This document shows, piece by piece, positions 1 through 15,422 of a DNA stretch of 64,000 nucleotides. Location: contig OX597838.1 in the NCBI GenBank assembly GCA_951406725.2, positions 44,330,001 through 44,394,000 of the forward strand, read 5' to 3'. The notes below the pieces were generated by a model. That model worked only from the letters and a program-made list of their open reading frames with translations, ran no database searches and was not told where the DNA came from. The stretch's first letter is position 1; each line of letters starts with the position of its first letter. Source of the DNA: Octopus vulgaris. Lineage: Eukaryota. The translations under genes and the position numbers were made by a program.

Positions 1-45
1 AGGTCCAGCTTTTTTTGAAGACACCTACACACACACATATAAAAT

Positions 46-99
<54 letters not shown>

Positions 100-589
100 A
101 TATATATATATGTCCGTATGTATGTATATATGTTTATATATAGGTACTTATATGTAGGTGTGTATATAAGCACGGAGTATTATAATTTCACTCAAGATAT
201 ATTCTATTATTTGTAAACAGAATATTATCCATATCGAAATGATATTACCGTCATTTTAATATTGTATCTCTTAATTAACTGTAAATGTAGAAATTCTCGT
301 TTTTCACCTAGCAATGCATCTTATTTCGTGGTATTCTTGAAAATAGGCGTTGTCAATGTGGTCGATTATAAATTATTTCGTTGCCTCACATCATCGCTCT
401 ATAGAATGATAAACTATGAGCGTCAGAAATTGTGTTCCAATTTGGTTGACGGTAATACATACATACATACATACATACATACATGACTATAGTTGACCAC
501 TTTTGATCGAAGAAGACCACCACTAACCATTTCCCAAGCAAAACCTCAGCATAAGTTTATAGCAGGTGCGGTCTTCGCCACCCGGGTTC

Positions 590-905
590 GTTTCCATAGC
601 TTTCATGTTATTTTTTGCTGGGATATATCGAGGTGTAGGTGTTTTATCCGATATTTGTTGGCGATATTTTCAACCAGGAACAACTTGAATGTCATAAGAT
701 GCTCTTCTTCTCGTGTGGAATTCAATATTATTTTAAACAGGGGCAGGCCAGCCGAGGTGAAAATATTCTGTCTTAGTGTGATGTAACACAAGCGTGATTT
801 GTGTAGAGGACGGGGATGAAACCTTCGTTGAATTTTAGAGTTGATACAACATCACTTGGGCAACGCTGTCGGAATATTCTCTACATCGTACAAATGATAT
901 ACGGC
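590..905 (-). mobile_element. 3' fragment of a CR1-like LINE (degenerate RT C-terminus)
   Basis: Minus strand reads RYIICTM*RIFRQRCPSD...TLRQNIFTSAGLPLFKII...EEEHLMTFK. This aligns by eye with the end of the LINE at 25520-25780 (RYIICTMWRIYRQLCPND...HNFFSSTGPALFNIV...EEQDPINFK). Confidence 0.7.
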
Positions 906-1259
906 TCACGTTGCAATCAGGTCGTTGTAATCGACTTAATCCTTTCTCTGAAATTGCCGGCCTTGTGCTAAACTTTGAAACAAATACACAAGACGGGGAT
1001 TCAAAATGTCTTTACTAGTGCCTAGTTCCTAAATATAAATGTTGCAGAATTTTTGCTTGGAATGATTGTAACATATGATCTGTATTATTTTCAGATTACT
1101 GAACAGTTTTTAGTACTTTTTAATATTTAATAAATATACTTATTTTGAAATGGTATCATTGATGGGACTGCAGCCATACTGGAGCATTATATTCAGGTGA
1201 ATTTACTCGACTACATCGGCTAAATTACATTTAGCTACATTTTATAATATATTCGGTTA

Positions 1260-1535
1260 CGACGAAGAAGGTTCCCATTGAGCCGATCAACGGAACACCC
1301 TGCTCGTGAGATCAGCTTGTAAGGGACTGAGCACTCCACTCACACGTGTACACTTAACATAGTTCTCAGAGACAAGCCCTTTGAATACACAAATATCAGT
1401 CATTGTTGCCAGCGGAGTGGACTGAAGCAATGTGAAATAAAGCGTTTTGCTCAAGGACACAAATCGTCGTCAGGTATTGAACTCACAACCTTACGATCGT
1501 GAGCCGAAAACCCTAATCAATCAGCCACGCACCTT
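1260..1535 (-). mobile_element. tRNA-headed SINE with GTGTCCTTGAGCAA core (Meta-domain-like)
   Basis: Minus strand has A-box-like TGGCTGATTGATTAGG, B-box-like GAGTTCAATACC, then TGTGTCCTTGAGCAAAACGCTTTATTTCAC. Homologous to 63520-63818. Confidence 0.75.
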
Positions 1536-1662
1536 TACTAAGTAGGGGACACGCGCATTAATATGGATGGTGATATCTGGGTTAGATAATTTAGACAGGT
1601 ATTATATCTTTGTTCAGCTCACGATAATGTACACAAAATGCATGCACTTGCATGTATGTGTG

Positions 1663-1722
<60 letters not shown>

Positions 1723-3147
1723 GTGCGCACAGGGTGAGACAGATTTCTGCAAATATGCCGTCTAATATGTTCCATTCACTGACAAGACACTGGGGGAAAA
1801 TCTCATGCTATGACAGAAAACATTATCTCTCTCAGAGCCGCACGTGCGGAACGAATCTGGAAACACGTAATTGCGAAGCAAATATCTTTTTCATAATTTA
1901 CACAGTCACAATGTATTGCACTCTTAACTGGCACATTATTATATATTCACAAAATGAATAATTTACAATTATGAACACTTCTTTATGAAGACTAATCTAG
2001 TTCCTACCACTGTAATTCCACACACGCTGTTACCAGTAGTTTCTCCGCTATGATAATGCATGCAGTTGTTCTTTTGAGATATTTAACTTAATCAGTGAAA
2101 GCACAACTGTCCATGTTACGAGAAAATGTCAACAGCAATCATCTAATTCTAATATTTCTGCCAAAAAAGCCTGGAGCGAGCGAGAGGTTGTAAGCAACTA
2201 CTAACTTGACTTCGTGACACGACTTCGATTCATTGTTAACGAAACCACATTTAAATTGCCGATTGTTCAAGAGGAAACTTGGAAGATCACCATATTAAAT
2301 TTTGACATAACTATAAGAGTACATTAGCTGCACGTCCTAGAGGCTGGCTGGTTATCTAACATGTCCGGTTTGCGAATCAAGTGCTTCTGAGTTCGCATTC
2401 AAAAGGCAATACTCTTCGCCTGTGTGTGTTTTCTGTTGAAGGTTCAATTCGCCTATGATTCACTTCGGAAGAGTATACACGCACGCACATACAAACACAC
2501 ATATTGATACATATAGATATATACACACATGTATACATTCATACATATATGTTTGCATACATACCTATACGCATATAGGTGTGTGTGTGTGTATGGGCAT
2601 GTGTGAAATATTTATATTTAACTATTTATATATTTAACTATTTAAATATTTTTAGTAATATTTTAATTTGACTAGTTGAATTGACCCATATTGTCACTGT
2701 TATTAGCATATTTTTATTTCCTTCATTTCCTATTTTTGCATTTATTTATTTATGTTAAATACCATATCTCGGTATCGTAGCAACTTCACATATTTACATC
2801 CGGTAGCTCAGCCTTCCGAATGCTGCATATCTGAAATCTTTAGATTGAATTTTGTCCAATAGTTCTTTAGCTTTATTAGTGTAGTTCAATAATTTATAAG
2901 GGGTGAAAGGGAATGTTTTGCAAGTATATTCATTTATTCATTTTTCTCTATCTATTTTCACACTTTACTCTATTTTGATTTATTTATTTTTAATTTATTT
3001 ATGTCTTTATTTATGATTTTTATGTACCCTAACTTTTTCGATATTTATAAGTAACAGATTACTTGAATGTCATCCACCTTAATCAAATATTAATAGCTAT
3101 ACACACTTCAATTAAACTCTACATACTAATTTTTATGTTGATTTAAT

Positions 3148-3701
<554 letters not shown>

Positions 3702-3734
3702 ATATAATAGCAATACTTGGAACATATCTCTAAT

Positions 3735-4260
3735 ATAATAGCACAATATGACTTTTTACCAATTATATCTACTTGAGCTTTCTTACACTTAACACTCCGG
3801 ATGACTAAATTTTTATATTCTTATTTTACAACTCCAGTACACACAACTCTTCTCCCCTTCTAAAGTGTTTACCATTTTTATACTATGGTCTTTCTGTATA
3901 AATTTTATCTGTTAACGGTTTGCAGCCATTTACTCAACATGCAGGAATTGAACACCTATTTTGTATATCTTTATCTACCTCTGAAGAAATTCAACTTTTA
4001 TATAATTTTTAATTTAATTAATTTTCTGAAGGTCTAGAATTGAAACAGCTGTAAGGGATGTTTGTCAATTTTTTAATTAATAAATAATAATTTATTAATT
4101 AACTCTCAATTTTCTCATTTATTATAATAAATAAATGTATATTAACCACGATTTATATAGTTAGGTATTAAATGTAATGTTCAATATTCTTTGTATAGGT
4201 AATTAACCAGTATTTCCATAGGATTTTGCTATCCCTGAATGAGGTTTATAACCTTTAATT
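3735..4260 (+). mobile_element. Probable PLE 3' pseudo-LTR/tail fragment
   Basis: AT-rich non-coding block containing a minimal HHR (3975-4060) and ending at a (GT)n tract, similar to the PLE ends at 19610 and 52457. Confidence 0.55.
3975..4060 (+). ncRNA. Minimal type I hammerhead ribozyme motif
   Basis: cct-CTGAAGA(3981)-AATTC...GAATT-GAAAC(4042)-AGCT-GTA-aggg. Stem I is short (cct/agg), stem II has a long AT-rich loop, and stem III is the palindrome ACAGCTGT. Confidence 0.7.
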
Positions 4261-4519
4261 GTGTGTGTGTGTGTGTGAAAAGACAGAAACAAATATTAAA
4301 GACATGAAGAGGGGAATTATATAGTTAAAATGTTTTTTGAAGAGGTAGAGAGAAACAGAGAAATATAAAGTACTTAAAATCATATAATTTATGAATTATT
4401 GTGACTGGAAATGAAATAACTAAACAAGCTAAAAAGAAAATTGCAAATCATCCCTTCTTCCTTAAATAACTTCTTTCTATTATTTTTCGTTCTTTAGAAA
4501 ATCCAAGAGCCCCGTTAGC

Positions 4520-4577
<58 letters not shown>

Positions 4578-4579
<2 letters not shown>

Positions 4580-4989
4580 TCTTTTACTCTCTTACTTGTT
4601 TCAATCATTTGACTGCATCCATGCTGGAGCACCGCCTTCAGTCAAGCAAATCATCCCCCGGACTTATTCTTTGTAAGCCTAGTACTTATTTATCGGTCGC
4701 TTTTGCGAGGTCATTAAGTTACGGGGACGTAAACACACCAGCATCGGTTGTCAAGCGATGGTGGGGGACAGACACAGATACATAAATACACACACACACA
4801 CACATATATACGCATACATGTATACGACGGGCTTCTTTCTGTTTCCGTCTAACAAATACTCTCACAAGGCTTCGGTCGGCCCGAGGCTATATTAGAAGAC
4901 ACTTGTCCAAGGTGCCACGCAGTGGAACTGAACCTGGAACAATGTGGTTCGTAAGCAAGCTACTTACCGCACAGCCATTCCGGCGCCTA
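4578..4989 (-). mobile_element. tRNA-headed SINE with internal (TG)n
   Basis: Minus-strand head AGGCGCCGGAATGGCTGTGCGGTAAGTAGC...GGTTCAGTTCCACTGCGTGGCACCTTGG. Related copies lie at 16410-16800 and 18120-18510. Confidence 0.8.
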
Positions 4990-4999
4990 TATGTGTAAC

Positions 5000-5058
5000 G
5001 CTTGCAACACAAAGGTTTCCCAAACGGTCACCCATTTAAGTACTAACTATCCTCAACG
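5000..5058 (-). pseudogene. 5S rRNA 3'-half fragment
   Basis: Minus strand CGTTGAGGATAGTTAGTACTTAAATGGGTGACCGTTTGGGAAACC...GTTGCAAGC resembles the metazoan 5S 3' half (GTTAGTACTTGGATGGGTGACCGCTTGGGAA). The 5' half is absent. Confidence 0.75.
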
Positions 5059-5061
5059 TAA

Positions 5062-5093
<32 letters not shown>

Positions 5094-6834
5094 CGTACTT
5101 TGTTTATGTATGTTCCGTCTTGTTTATCTACTTAGAGCTGCTTCTAATTGATATTTGAATTTTTTTCCATGGCATGAAACGTCGAAAGATGTAAGTAAAT
5201 GGTGTTTATATCGTTTAGCATAGAGTCCTAGTCGGTGATATGGCTTGCAAAGAGCTTTGTTCGGTAAGCGGATTTGACAAGCCAAAACAATGAAGAAACA
5301 TCAATGTCCGACCCTCCTAGAAAGGACCTGATCTGAGTTGTCTTGTTTGACTGACTTACTTTCATATATATTTTTGCACCAGGCTCATAGTGAATATATT
5401 TCCTTACGCCTAAAAGTCGCAGCCGATCCAAGAAATTAAAAACATCGAAGCAGACATATATATGCACACATCACTATTTGTACAGAGATTTGTTTGGAAA
5501 ACCCAGCCTCATTTCTGACAGAAACTCTTTGAGGATACTTTTTCAATATCTACGTTAAAATAAGCATTAATTTATATATAATAATGTTTTCTTCTTTCCT
5601 TCAAGACCACTTTATACCATTATGGTGAAATTCTTGCCCATGTTAGCCACATAAAATGAGGTTAGTGTGTGATTTAAGAAAAATTTGTTTGATATTTTTA
5701 AGAGATCGAGTTAGCAGGCAAAGACTCACTCACTGCCGCCTTCAGCGTCTGCTATCTACTTTGAAAATCAATGTTAGTGTCTTTTTATAGTAATATTTTA
5801 TGCCAAACCCACAACTACGGTGGACACTATGTTACACTTACGAACAATCCCGCTAACGTTTTCTGCTGACATTATCGTTACTACTAATAATTATTCATAA
5901 TAATAACAAAGGCAGCGTTTCCTTTATTCCAAGCTTAGAAATTCCACGGCTATTCTTTTTATCGTTTCGAACGTTAATGGGTTTTTTTTTCCTGACGATC
6001 AACAGCCGATAGCGAAACTCTCTAACAATAACATAATCAATTTCGTGAGACGTTGCTATTGTGATTTGTGTGTGATGTGAGACATAGTTAATATATGTTA
6101 CGTGTATAGGCTTTATTGTTTTTCTCGTTATTGCTATTAAGCGTCGATTAGATATTTATGTAAAAGGTTGACTAGGTTCCATGCAACTCATTTAATTGAA
6201 ATATTAAACATTCGTTAATGCGCTAATTGGGAAGAAATACGAGTTTGGGGAAGGCAAAGGCCTATCCTTATATAAAAACATAAAATAATTACATTAATAC
6301 ATGCATTTATGCAAACGAAGATCAAACACAAAGTACAACACTTTTGCAGTGTGAAAGGTGGAAAATTATCAAAAAAACAACTCTTCCCAATAAACTGCAA
6401 TATGAGAGGTATAAATGATGAGAGGTGATCATAATTCTGCTGAAATATGCAAAAATAGATTGCGACAAGTTTGTATGGATCACACATAGATAAAACGCTC
6501 AGCAGTCTGCCTTTATTTTCTAGGTTCAAACTCCGCCTTGATCGTCTTTGATTCGCATCCTTTCGCAAGCGATTAAATAATTACGAGTTGGGCACTTGGG
6601 TCTACGTCAGCGACTAGTTTCTCCACCCATCTCAAAATTCAGGCTGTGTGCCAATAGTAGAAAGAATTATAATTCAAACGAAAAGTAGTAAAAAAATTAA
6701 TAGCTCATACTGTACAGTAGCTGTGTTTTGAACAACAGACACATTCAGGTATGTCAAATACCATGAAATATGAATTCTTGATCTATTAGAACTGTATCTG
6801 CTTCCTGCGATGTATTATATTAAAGTTAATGTCC

Positions 6835-7178
6835 AAGATTCACGAGAATGCTGAGACTCCAGCTTGAACTGCAAGTGTGTTAGAGTGGCAAAGTGACGAT
6901 TGGCAGCAGGCAGCTTTATGAATTGAGTAGGAAGAAGCGTATTATTGAATGTATTCCTTATTATCTATACTCATGTAACATCATATTTAAAGATATGTCA
7001 TAACGGTACCGGAGACCAATTGTTACACCTGTTTAAACTTTCATTTCTTATGCTCATACATAATATAGATACTCATGTATAAACGAAACTGAGATTGAGT
7101 TTTAAAAAATCAATAACACAAATAATAATAGGAAAAACAACAACATGAGTAAAAATTAAAATAATAATAGTAATAATA

Positions 7179-7276
<98 letters not shown>

Positions 7277-7375
7277 CCCTTTTAAAACACAAATATGCTC
7301 TATATTGCGGCGTCAAAAATACCAAACTTCAAAGGGAGTATTCAGATCGCAGCAATACTTGGAACATATCTCTAA
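6835..7375 (+). repeat. ~540-bp direct duplication, copy 2
   Basis: Matches 3148-3701. Confidence 0.95.
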
Positions 7376-7437
7376 CTTGCGGAATGGAGCTGAGAGATGA
7401 TATAGACATAGATAAATCAAAAGATAAGTGAATAATG

Positions 7438-7533
<96 letters not shown>

Positions 7534-7535
<2 letters not shown>

Positions 7536-9548
7536 TACGCTACAAATGATAAACTAAACCGGTATTCTACAAAGGATAAAAAAACTGTACACAACAAATG
7601 ATAAACAGCTGGAAACATTTTTACAGACAATACATGGATTTACCAAAGATAGAAACATGAAATTTGGATTAGAAAACTGCGCCAAGGAAAACTTGAAAAG
7701 GGGATGTCTATGTAAGAATAGCAACATCACACTTGATAAAGAAATGAAATCAGAGAATAAGACTAAAAGTAAACATACAAATACTTAGGAATCAATGAAC
7801 TTGATACGATACAACACAGACCAATGAAAGAGAAAATAAAAGAGAATAATATAGACGAGTTGGGTTCATACTGAAAACAGAGCTCAATGCGGAAAACAAG
7901 ATAACAGGTACCAACACTTTAGCCGTCCCAGTTATAAGTTACAGCTACAATGTCCTAAACTAGACACTAAATGAACTAATCAAAACAGACAGGAAAACAA
8001 GAAAAATAATGGCAGGATTTAAGATGCACCACCCAAAAATCTGGCTGAGAAAGGTTATATATACAACATATAGACGGTGGTAGAGGCCTTATACAGCTGG
8101 AAATGTATGGAAGGTGGTAGAGGCCTTATACAGCTAGAAATGTATGGAAGGTGGTAGAGGCCTTATACAGCTAGAAATGTATGGAAGGTGGTAGAGGCCT
8201 TATACAGCTAGAAATGTTTGGAAGGTGGTAGAGGCCTTATACAGCTAGAAATGTATGGAAGGTGGTAGAGGCCTTATACAGCTAGAAATGTATGGAAGGT
8301 GGTAGAGGCCTTATACAGCTAGAAATGTATGGAAGGTGGTAGAGGCCTTATGCAGCTAGAAATGTATGGAAGGTGGTAGAGGCCTTATACAGCTAGAAAT
8401 GTATGGAAGGTGGTAGAGGCCTTATGCAGCTAGAAATGTATGGAAGGTGGTAGAGGCCTTATACAGCTAGAAATGTATGGAAGGTGGTAGAGGCCTTATA
8501 CAGCTAAAAAAACTATTACAAAATAACCACCATAGGACTACAAAAATATCTACTTCAGAAGCAAGGAAAACTTATGCAAATAGCCACAAAATACGAACGA
8601 AACCAAAAAAAGCTTTCAGTCTTTAAGGAAGCTGACAAATAAAAAAAGAAGTTATGGTAACAAACAACTATGAGGAAACAGAAGAAAAAACAAAAGCTGT
8701 AAAACAACTGAAATCCAAACTAAAACTGGAACAGCAACGAATCATGATGAAACGATGGCAAGAAAAGCCCCTTCATGGCAAATACTGTGTTAAACTAAAC
8801 GCAAAAGAAATAGACAAAGCAAAATCCCAATAATGGCCGAGAAACTCAAGAATCAAAGCAGAAACTGAAGGATTTTTAATTGCAGCACAAGATCAAATCC
8901 CCCACATCAGAAATTACCAAAAATACATAATGAAAAGAAACATAACAAGTACTGAAAAATATTTGGAGATGGACAAGAGGGCATATATTCACAGACACGA
9001 CAGAGTTGGGATCTACATTTATTGGAAGCTATGACAACACTATGGAAGACAAACAGGAAAAAAGATTGTATAGTCACACGCCAGAAAAGGTCAGAGAAGA
9101 TGAGGCAGCAACCATACTCTGGGATATGTCAATACACACAGATAGAGAAATTAAGGCCAATAGGCCAGATATAGTTTTCAGAGATCATGAAAAAGATGCT
9201 TTCTAATTGATGTATCAATAACAATAGATTACTTTCAAAAATATACAAAGGCCTGGAAATAGAGGTAACTCGAATGTGGAGTCTAAAAACAGAAGCAATT
9301 CCTATTATAGTAGGCACATTAGGTGTGATAAAAAAATATTCAGACAAATACATAACAAAAACACCAGGACTAACATATATATAACATACAGAAAATAGCA
9401 CAACTAGGCACTGCACACATCTTACATAAAACACTTTCAATACAGTAATTATAAGAGCATCACAACAAACTACAGCATATACCCAAGGTACAGAGAGCTG
9501 CGCTCGGTATTGAAGTGAAAGCACGTTATAAAAATAAGAATACTGAAT
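7534..9548 (+). mobile_element. 5'-truncated, degenerate R4/Dong-like LINE (family A) between (AAT)n arrays
   Basis: Frameshifted motifs MKFGLENCAK, YKYLGINE, LKTELNA...LAVPVISYSY, MHHPK, GGRGLIQLE, WQEKPLHGKY, ETEGFLIAAQDQ, RHDRVG and KANRPDIV (restriction-like endonuclease). Flanked by (AAT)n on both sides. Confidence 0.9.
8076..8506 (+). repeat. 37-bp minisatellite, about 11.6 copies, inside the LINE GGRGL motif
   Basis: Unit GGTGGTAGAGGCCTTATACAGCTAGAAATGTATGGAA repeated head to tail with few substitutions and no spacers. Confidence 0.95.
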
Positions 9549-9560
9549 AATAATAATAAT

Positions 9561-11337
<1,777 letters not shown>

Positions 11338-12600
11338 ATCAATAAGATGATCTTAGAAGATTGTCATAAACAACACAAAAACTTGTCAATAGCCTGGATA
11401 GACTATGAAAAGGCTTTTGATAGCCTACCACATGGATTAAGAAATGCCTGGAAAAGTATAAAATAGCGCCTACTCTGCGAAACTTATTGTCTGTAAGTAT
11501 GAGATCATGGAGAACCACACTAACTTTGAACAGTGACGTTGAATCTGTAAATGCTGGTGATTTAAAAATTTCATGTGGCATTTTCCAGGGTCACTATCAC
11601 ACTCCTTTTTTGTTTAGCCTTAATACCTCTCTCAAAATTGCTCAATGACGCACAGTACGGATATAAAATGTTGGATAAAAATATAAATCATCTCATTTAC
11701 ATGGATGATTTAAAGCTCTTTGCAAAAAATGACCAACAACTCAAGGGCTTACTAACGAGTGTTAAATAATTCAGCGATGACATCAGAATGCAATTTGGCC
11801 TCGATAAATGTGCAAAAGCTACCTTCATCAAAGGAAAAATGACATAAATATCTAACGTTAACCTTGACCAGCAGCATGTCATAAAAGAGTTAGACCCAGC
11901 GGAGAGCTACAAGTACCTAGGGATAATTGAAGGGGACGGAGTAAGGCATTCAATGATGAAGGAAAAGATCAGGAGAGAATGTTATCTCAGAGTGAGAGCA
12001 ATACTCAAGACAGAGCTGAATGCGAGAAGCAGGATCGAAGCGATGAATGCTTTAGCCATACCAGTCGTGACTTACAGTTTCAATATCGTTAACTGGTCAA
12101 TTACTGAAATATGTAATCTTGATAGAAATATACGAAAACTGTTGACAATGCATAGAATGCACCACCCTAAGGCAGATATAGAACGACTCTATCTGCCAAG
12201 AAAAGAGGGAGGCAATAACAATGAAGATTGCTACAATTGGCCTAGACACCTACCTGAAAAATTCTGTTAAAACTTGTTTCAAAACATCAAAACAAGAAAG
12301 CATCATACTCAGTAACAAAAACAGGTAAAGGAATATCTAAGTGAATTCCGAATACAACAAATTTCGGAATTAGACATACAAGAAACAAGCGCAGAAAAAG
12401 CTAAGCGCACAAAAACCCGTGCTAAAACGGCGGCCTTAGATATTCAGAATGATAAATGGAAAGAAAAACCTCTCAATGGCAAATACCCAAAAGAGAGCGA
12501 ATAATGCAGATGTTGACAAAGCCCTGAACCATCAATGGCTAATGGCCTGTGGCTTAAAATCTAAAACAGAAGGGTTTATCATAGCAGAAGGGTTTATCAT
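11338..12600 (+). mobile_element. R4/Dong-like LINE family C internal fragment (RT core) nested in family B
   Basis: LSIAWIDY..AFDS, GIFQG..LLFCLALIPLS, NHLIYMDDLKLFAK, FGLDKCAK, MHHPKADIERLYLPRKEGG. Contains stops and frameshifts, and ends in (AAT)n. Confidence 0.9.
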
Positions 12601-12601
12601 A

Positions 12602-12762
<161 letters not shown>

Positions 12763-12790
12763 CAATAATAATAATAATAATAATTATAAC

Positions 12791-13501
12791 AACAGTGGAC
12801 CACCTAATCTCTGGATGTAAAGTCTTAGTACTAGTGGAGTATAAATTAAGACATGACAGAGTTGGCCAATATCTACACTGGCTAATAAGTCGGCATTACA
12901 ATATCAAAACTGCCGACAAGTGGTATAATCACCACCCTGAGGCTGTAACTGAAGAAGAAAATGTAACGATTCTGTGAGACTTTCCAGTACATACAGACCG
13001 AACCACCAAGGCCAATAAACCAGATATTGTTGTGAAAGACCAAAACAATAAAGTTTGCTTATTGATCGACATGAGCATCCCCTGTGATCATAATATCTCA
13101 GCGAAAGAGTTTGACAAGCTCAGAAAATATAAAGACCTACTCATTGAAATTGAGAAAATGTGGCATCTCAAGGCGGTTACAATACCAGTGATCGTAGGAG
13201 CACTAGGAATGATCAAGAAGGGAACCGAAAATTATATGAGAATGATCCCTGGCTTACCATCCCTGCAAGAAGTGCAAAAGATTGTCTTAACTGGTACATC
13301 ACACGTATTGAGAAGAGCATTGTCGATGTGAGAACTGTTGCTGCTCATGTATTTTAATTTAACTTTAAAAAAAAAAAAAAATGAACGAACTACTGAGTTT
13401 GGTTTAATGGCCTACCAATATACACTATGAGTTTCTTTGCCCTAGGAGTCGGGAAGACACTCGGCAAGAAATGGAAGAAAATTTGAAAGAAGAAAAAAAA
13501 A

Positions 13502-13503
<2 letters not shown>
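12791..13503 (+). mobile_element. R4/Dong-like LINE family B, 3' part (restriction-like endonuclease and 3' UTR)
   Basis: KANKPDIVVKD...LIDMSIP...KYKDL...PVIVGALG...TSHVLRRALSM* (stop at 13331), followed by a 3' UTR and (AAT)n. Confidence 0.92.
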
Positions 13504-13548
<45 letters not shown>

Positions 13549-13551
<3 letters not shown>

Positions 13552-13870
13552 GTGGGAAATGATGAGAGTAACTGTTATCGCAGTAATTTTCGGGGTCGTC
13601 GGAGCAGTAACAACCAAGTTGGAAAAATAGATCGAAGAAATTGGAATTAAGATGAGAAGAGAGTAATCCCAAGTAACTGCCGTATTGCAGAGAGCTAGGA
13701 TTTTGAGATTGGTGTTTGGGTATTGATTGTCTTCCATGATAAATTAGCACCCAAGTACCAAAGCTTATAACCTCTGGAAAAAGATCGTGGGAGAAATCTA
13801 ACAACAGGTTGATGTCTGCTCTCACAGAATCAACCAGAGAAAGACCGAGAGATCTGAGAAGTAAAATAAT
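13549..13870 (+). mobile_element. Short 3' end of a further restriction-endonuclease-type LINE family
   Basis: LWEMMRVTVIAVIFGVVGAV...QVTAVLQRARILRLVFGY* resembles the C-terminal PVIVGALG...ILR motif, and it follows (AAT)n. Confidence 0.6.
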
Positions 13871-13874
13871 AATC

Positions 13875-14084
13875 TTTTCTACTTTAGGCACAAGGCCAGA
13901 AATTTCAGGTGATGAGAAATAGTTATTCGATTCACCCCAGTGTTCGACTGCTACTTATTTTATCGACCCCTAAAGGATAAAAAGGTTAAGTCAACTTCGG
14001 CGGAATTTGAAACTAGAAAGTAAAAAGAGACGAAATACCAGTAGGTATTTTGCCCGGCTTACTAATTGATTCTGCCAGCTCGCC
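13875..14084 (-). mobile_element. SINE with GGCGAGCTGGCAGAA head and CCTTTCATCCTTTCGGGGTCGATAAA core (Nin/Deu-like)
   Basis: Same family as 27020-27455, 28278-28465, 43870-44085 and 58895-59848. Confidence 0.75.
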
Positions 14085-14857
14085 AATAATAATAATAACA
14101 AAGTGTGAAGAAGCTGTGTGTCTAAATAGTAGACAGTAGATTCGGGTAGAAAAATAAGTCAAATGATTTATATGTGTGTGTGCAGGTAAATGTGTGTACG
14201 CATGTGCTGTGTGTTATTTTCATTCACTCTCGTTGATTAAATTTTGAGAAAATCGGATATAAAACATCTATAATGTATTTCGTTAAATAGTTAAAATTGC
14301 AAATCTGTTGGAAATGAAACTATGTGGATATTTTCCATATTATCTAAATAACTGGTAATGAAGTTTAGAGACAATTGCGCCATAGGATACATTTAAGAAA
14401 TATATCAACAATTTAATAGCCATTTAATTAACCGAAAATGCCACCGAGCCGGCAAAATGTCTCGTTTCAGACATTTTCGAAGAAAAACAAGAAATATAAA
14501 ACAGTGTCAAACAGTGTTACTGACTTTTACATTATTTCAACAAACTTAATCGTGTGTCAGCGATTAAAATATCTAAATGGTAAGAGCTAAAATCTGTTAA
14601 AAAATTAATGCTTCTGTGTGTAATAAATAAACATGTTTGGAAGTTTTTGTAAAACGAATTTCAACATATTAAATTACCCAAACGTGAAAGAGCTATTTAC
14701 TACTCTTTCTTGTCGATGCTGGTATAATTTTTTAGCTCCCAGGGCATCTCTAATCAAATATATGTATACATGCATACATACATATACACATACACATACA
14801 TACATACATACATACATACATACATACATACATACAAACATACATATATGTACGTAC

Positions 14858-14898
<41 letters not shown>

Positions 14899-14939
14899 GA
14901 TTAAAATTATATATATATATATATAAATATATATATATT

Positions 14940-15390
14940 GTTATATTTCGGAATGGTCATTTTGCCAGTTTAGCCAATAAAAACACACACACTATATATT
15001 TGGTGTTATTTTGCTTCAGTGTTATTTATTTTTTACATTAATCTTAATCTTATTTCGGCCAGAGTTCTTTCGTCACACTCCTGTGACCGCATCAGTGGTC
15101 CTTTGTTTTCTTCTTTTTTATTTGTGTCTCTCCTTACTAACCGTCAGCCATTTTGTATTTCTATTGTATGTCTTCATTTGCGCATGCTTATATCTCTATG
15201 TGCGTCTGTTTAGTTAGTGTGTGTGTGTGTGCGGGGGGTGCCTGTAATATTTGTATCTTCTGTTTATATACGTTCGTGTAATTTGTTTTTGTTGTTATTG
15301 TTTTTGTTTATTATTATTTTGTTCATGTGTATACATCCACTTATTATTATTATCATTACGTATGCTTGTATGTATGTATAACAAAAATAC

Positions 15391-15422
<32 letters not shown>

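Noticed and set aside
5360-5412. Possible 50-nt minus-strand micro-exon (TTTTAG...GTAAGT)
   Set aside because: Splice-like motifs alone are expected by chance, and no partner exons are identifiable.
8076-8506. CRISPR-like array of 37-bp repeats
   Set aside because: Units are contiguous with no spacers, they derive from LINE coding sequence, and the context is eukaryotic.
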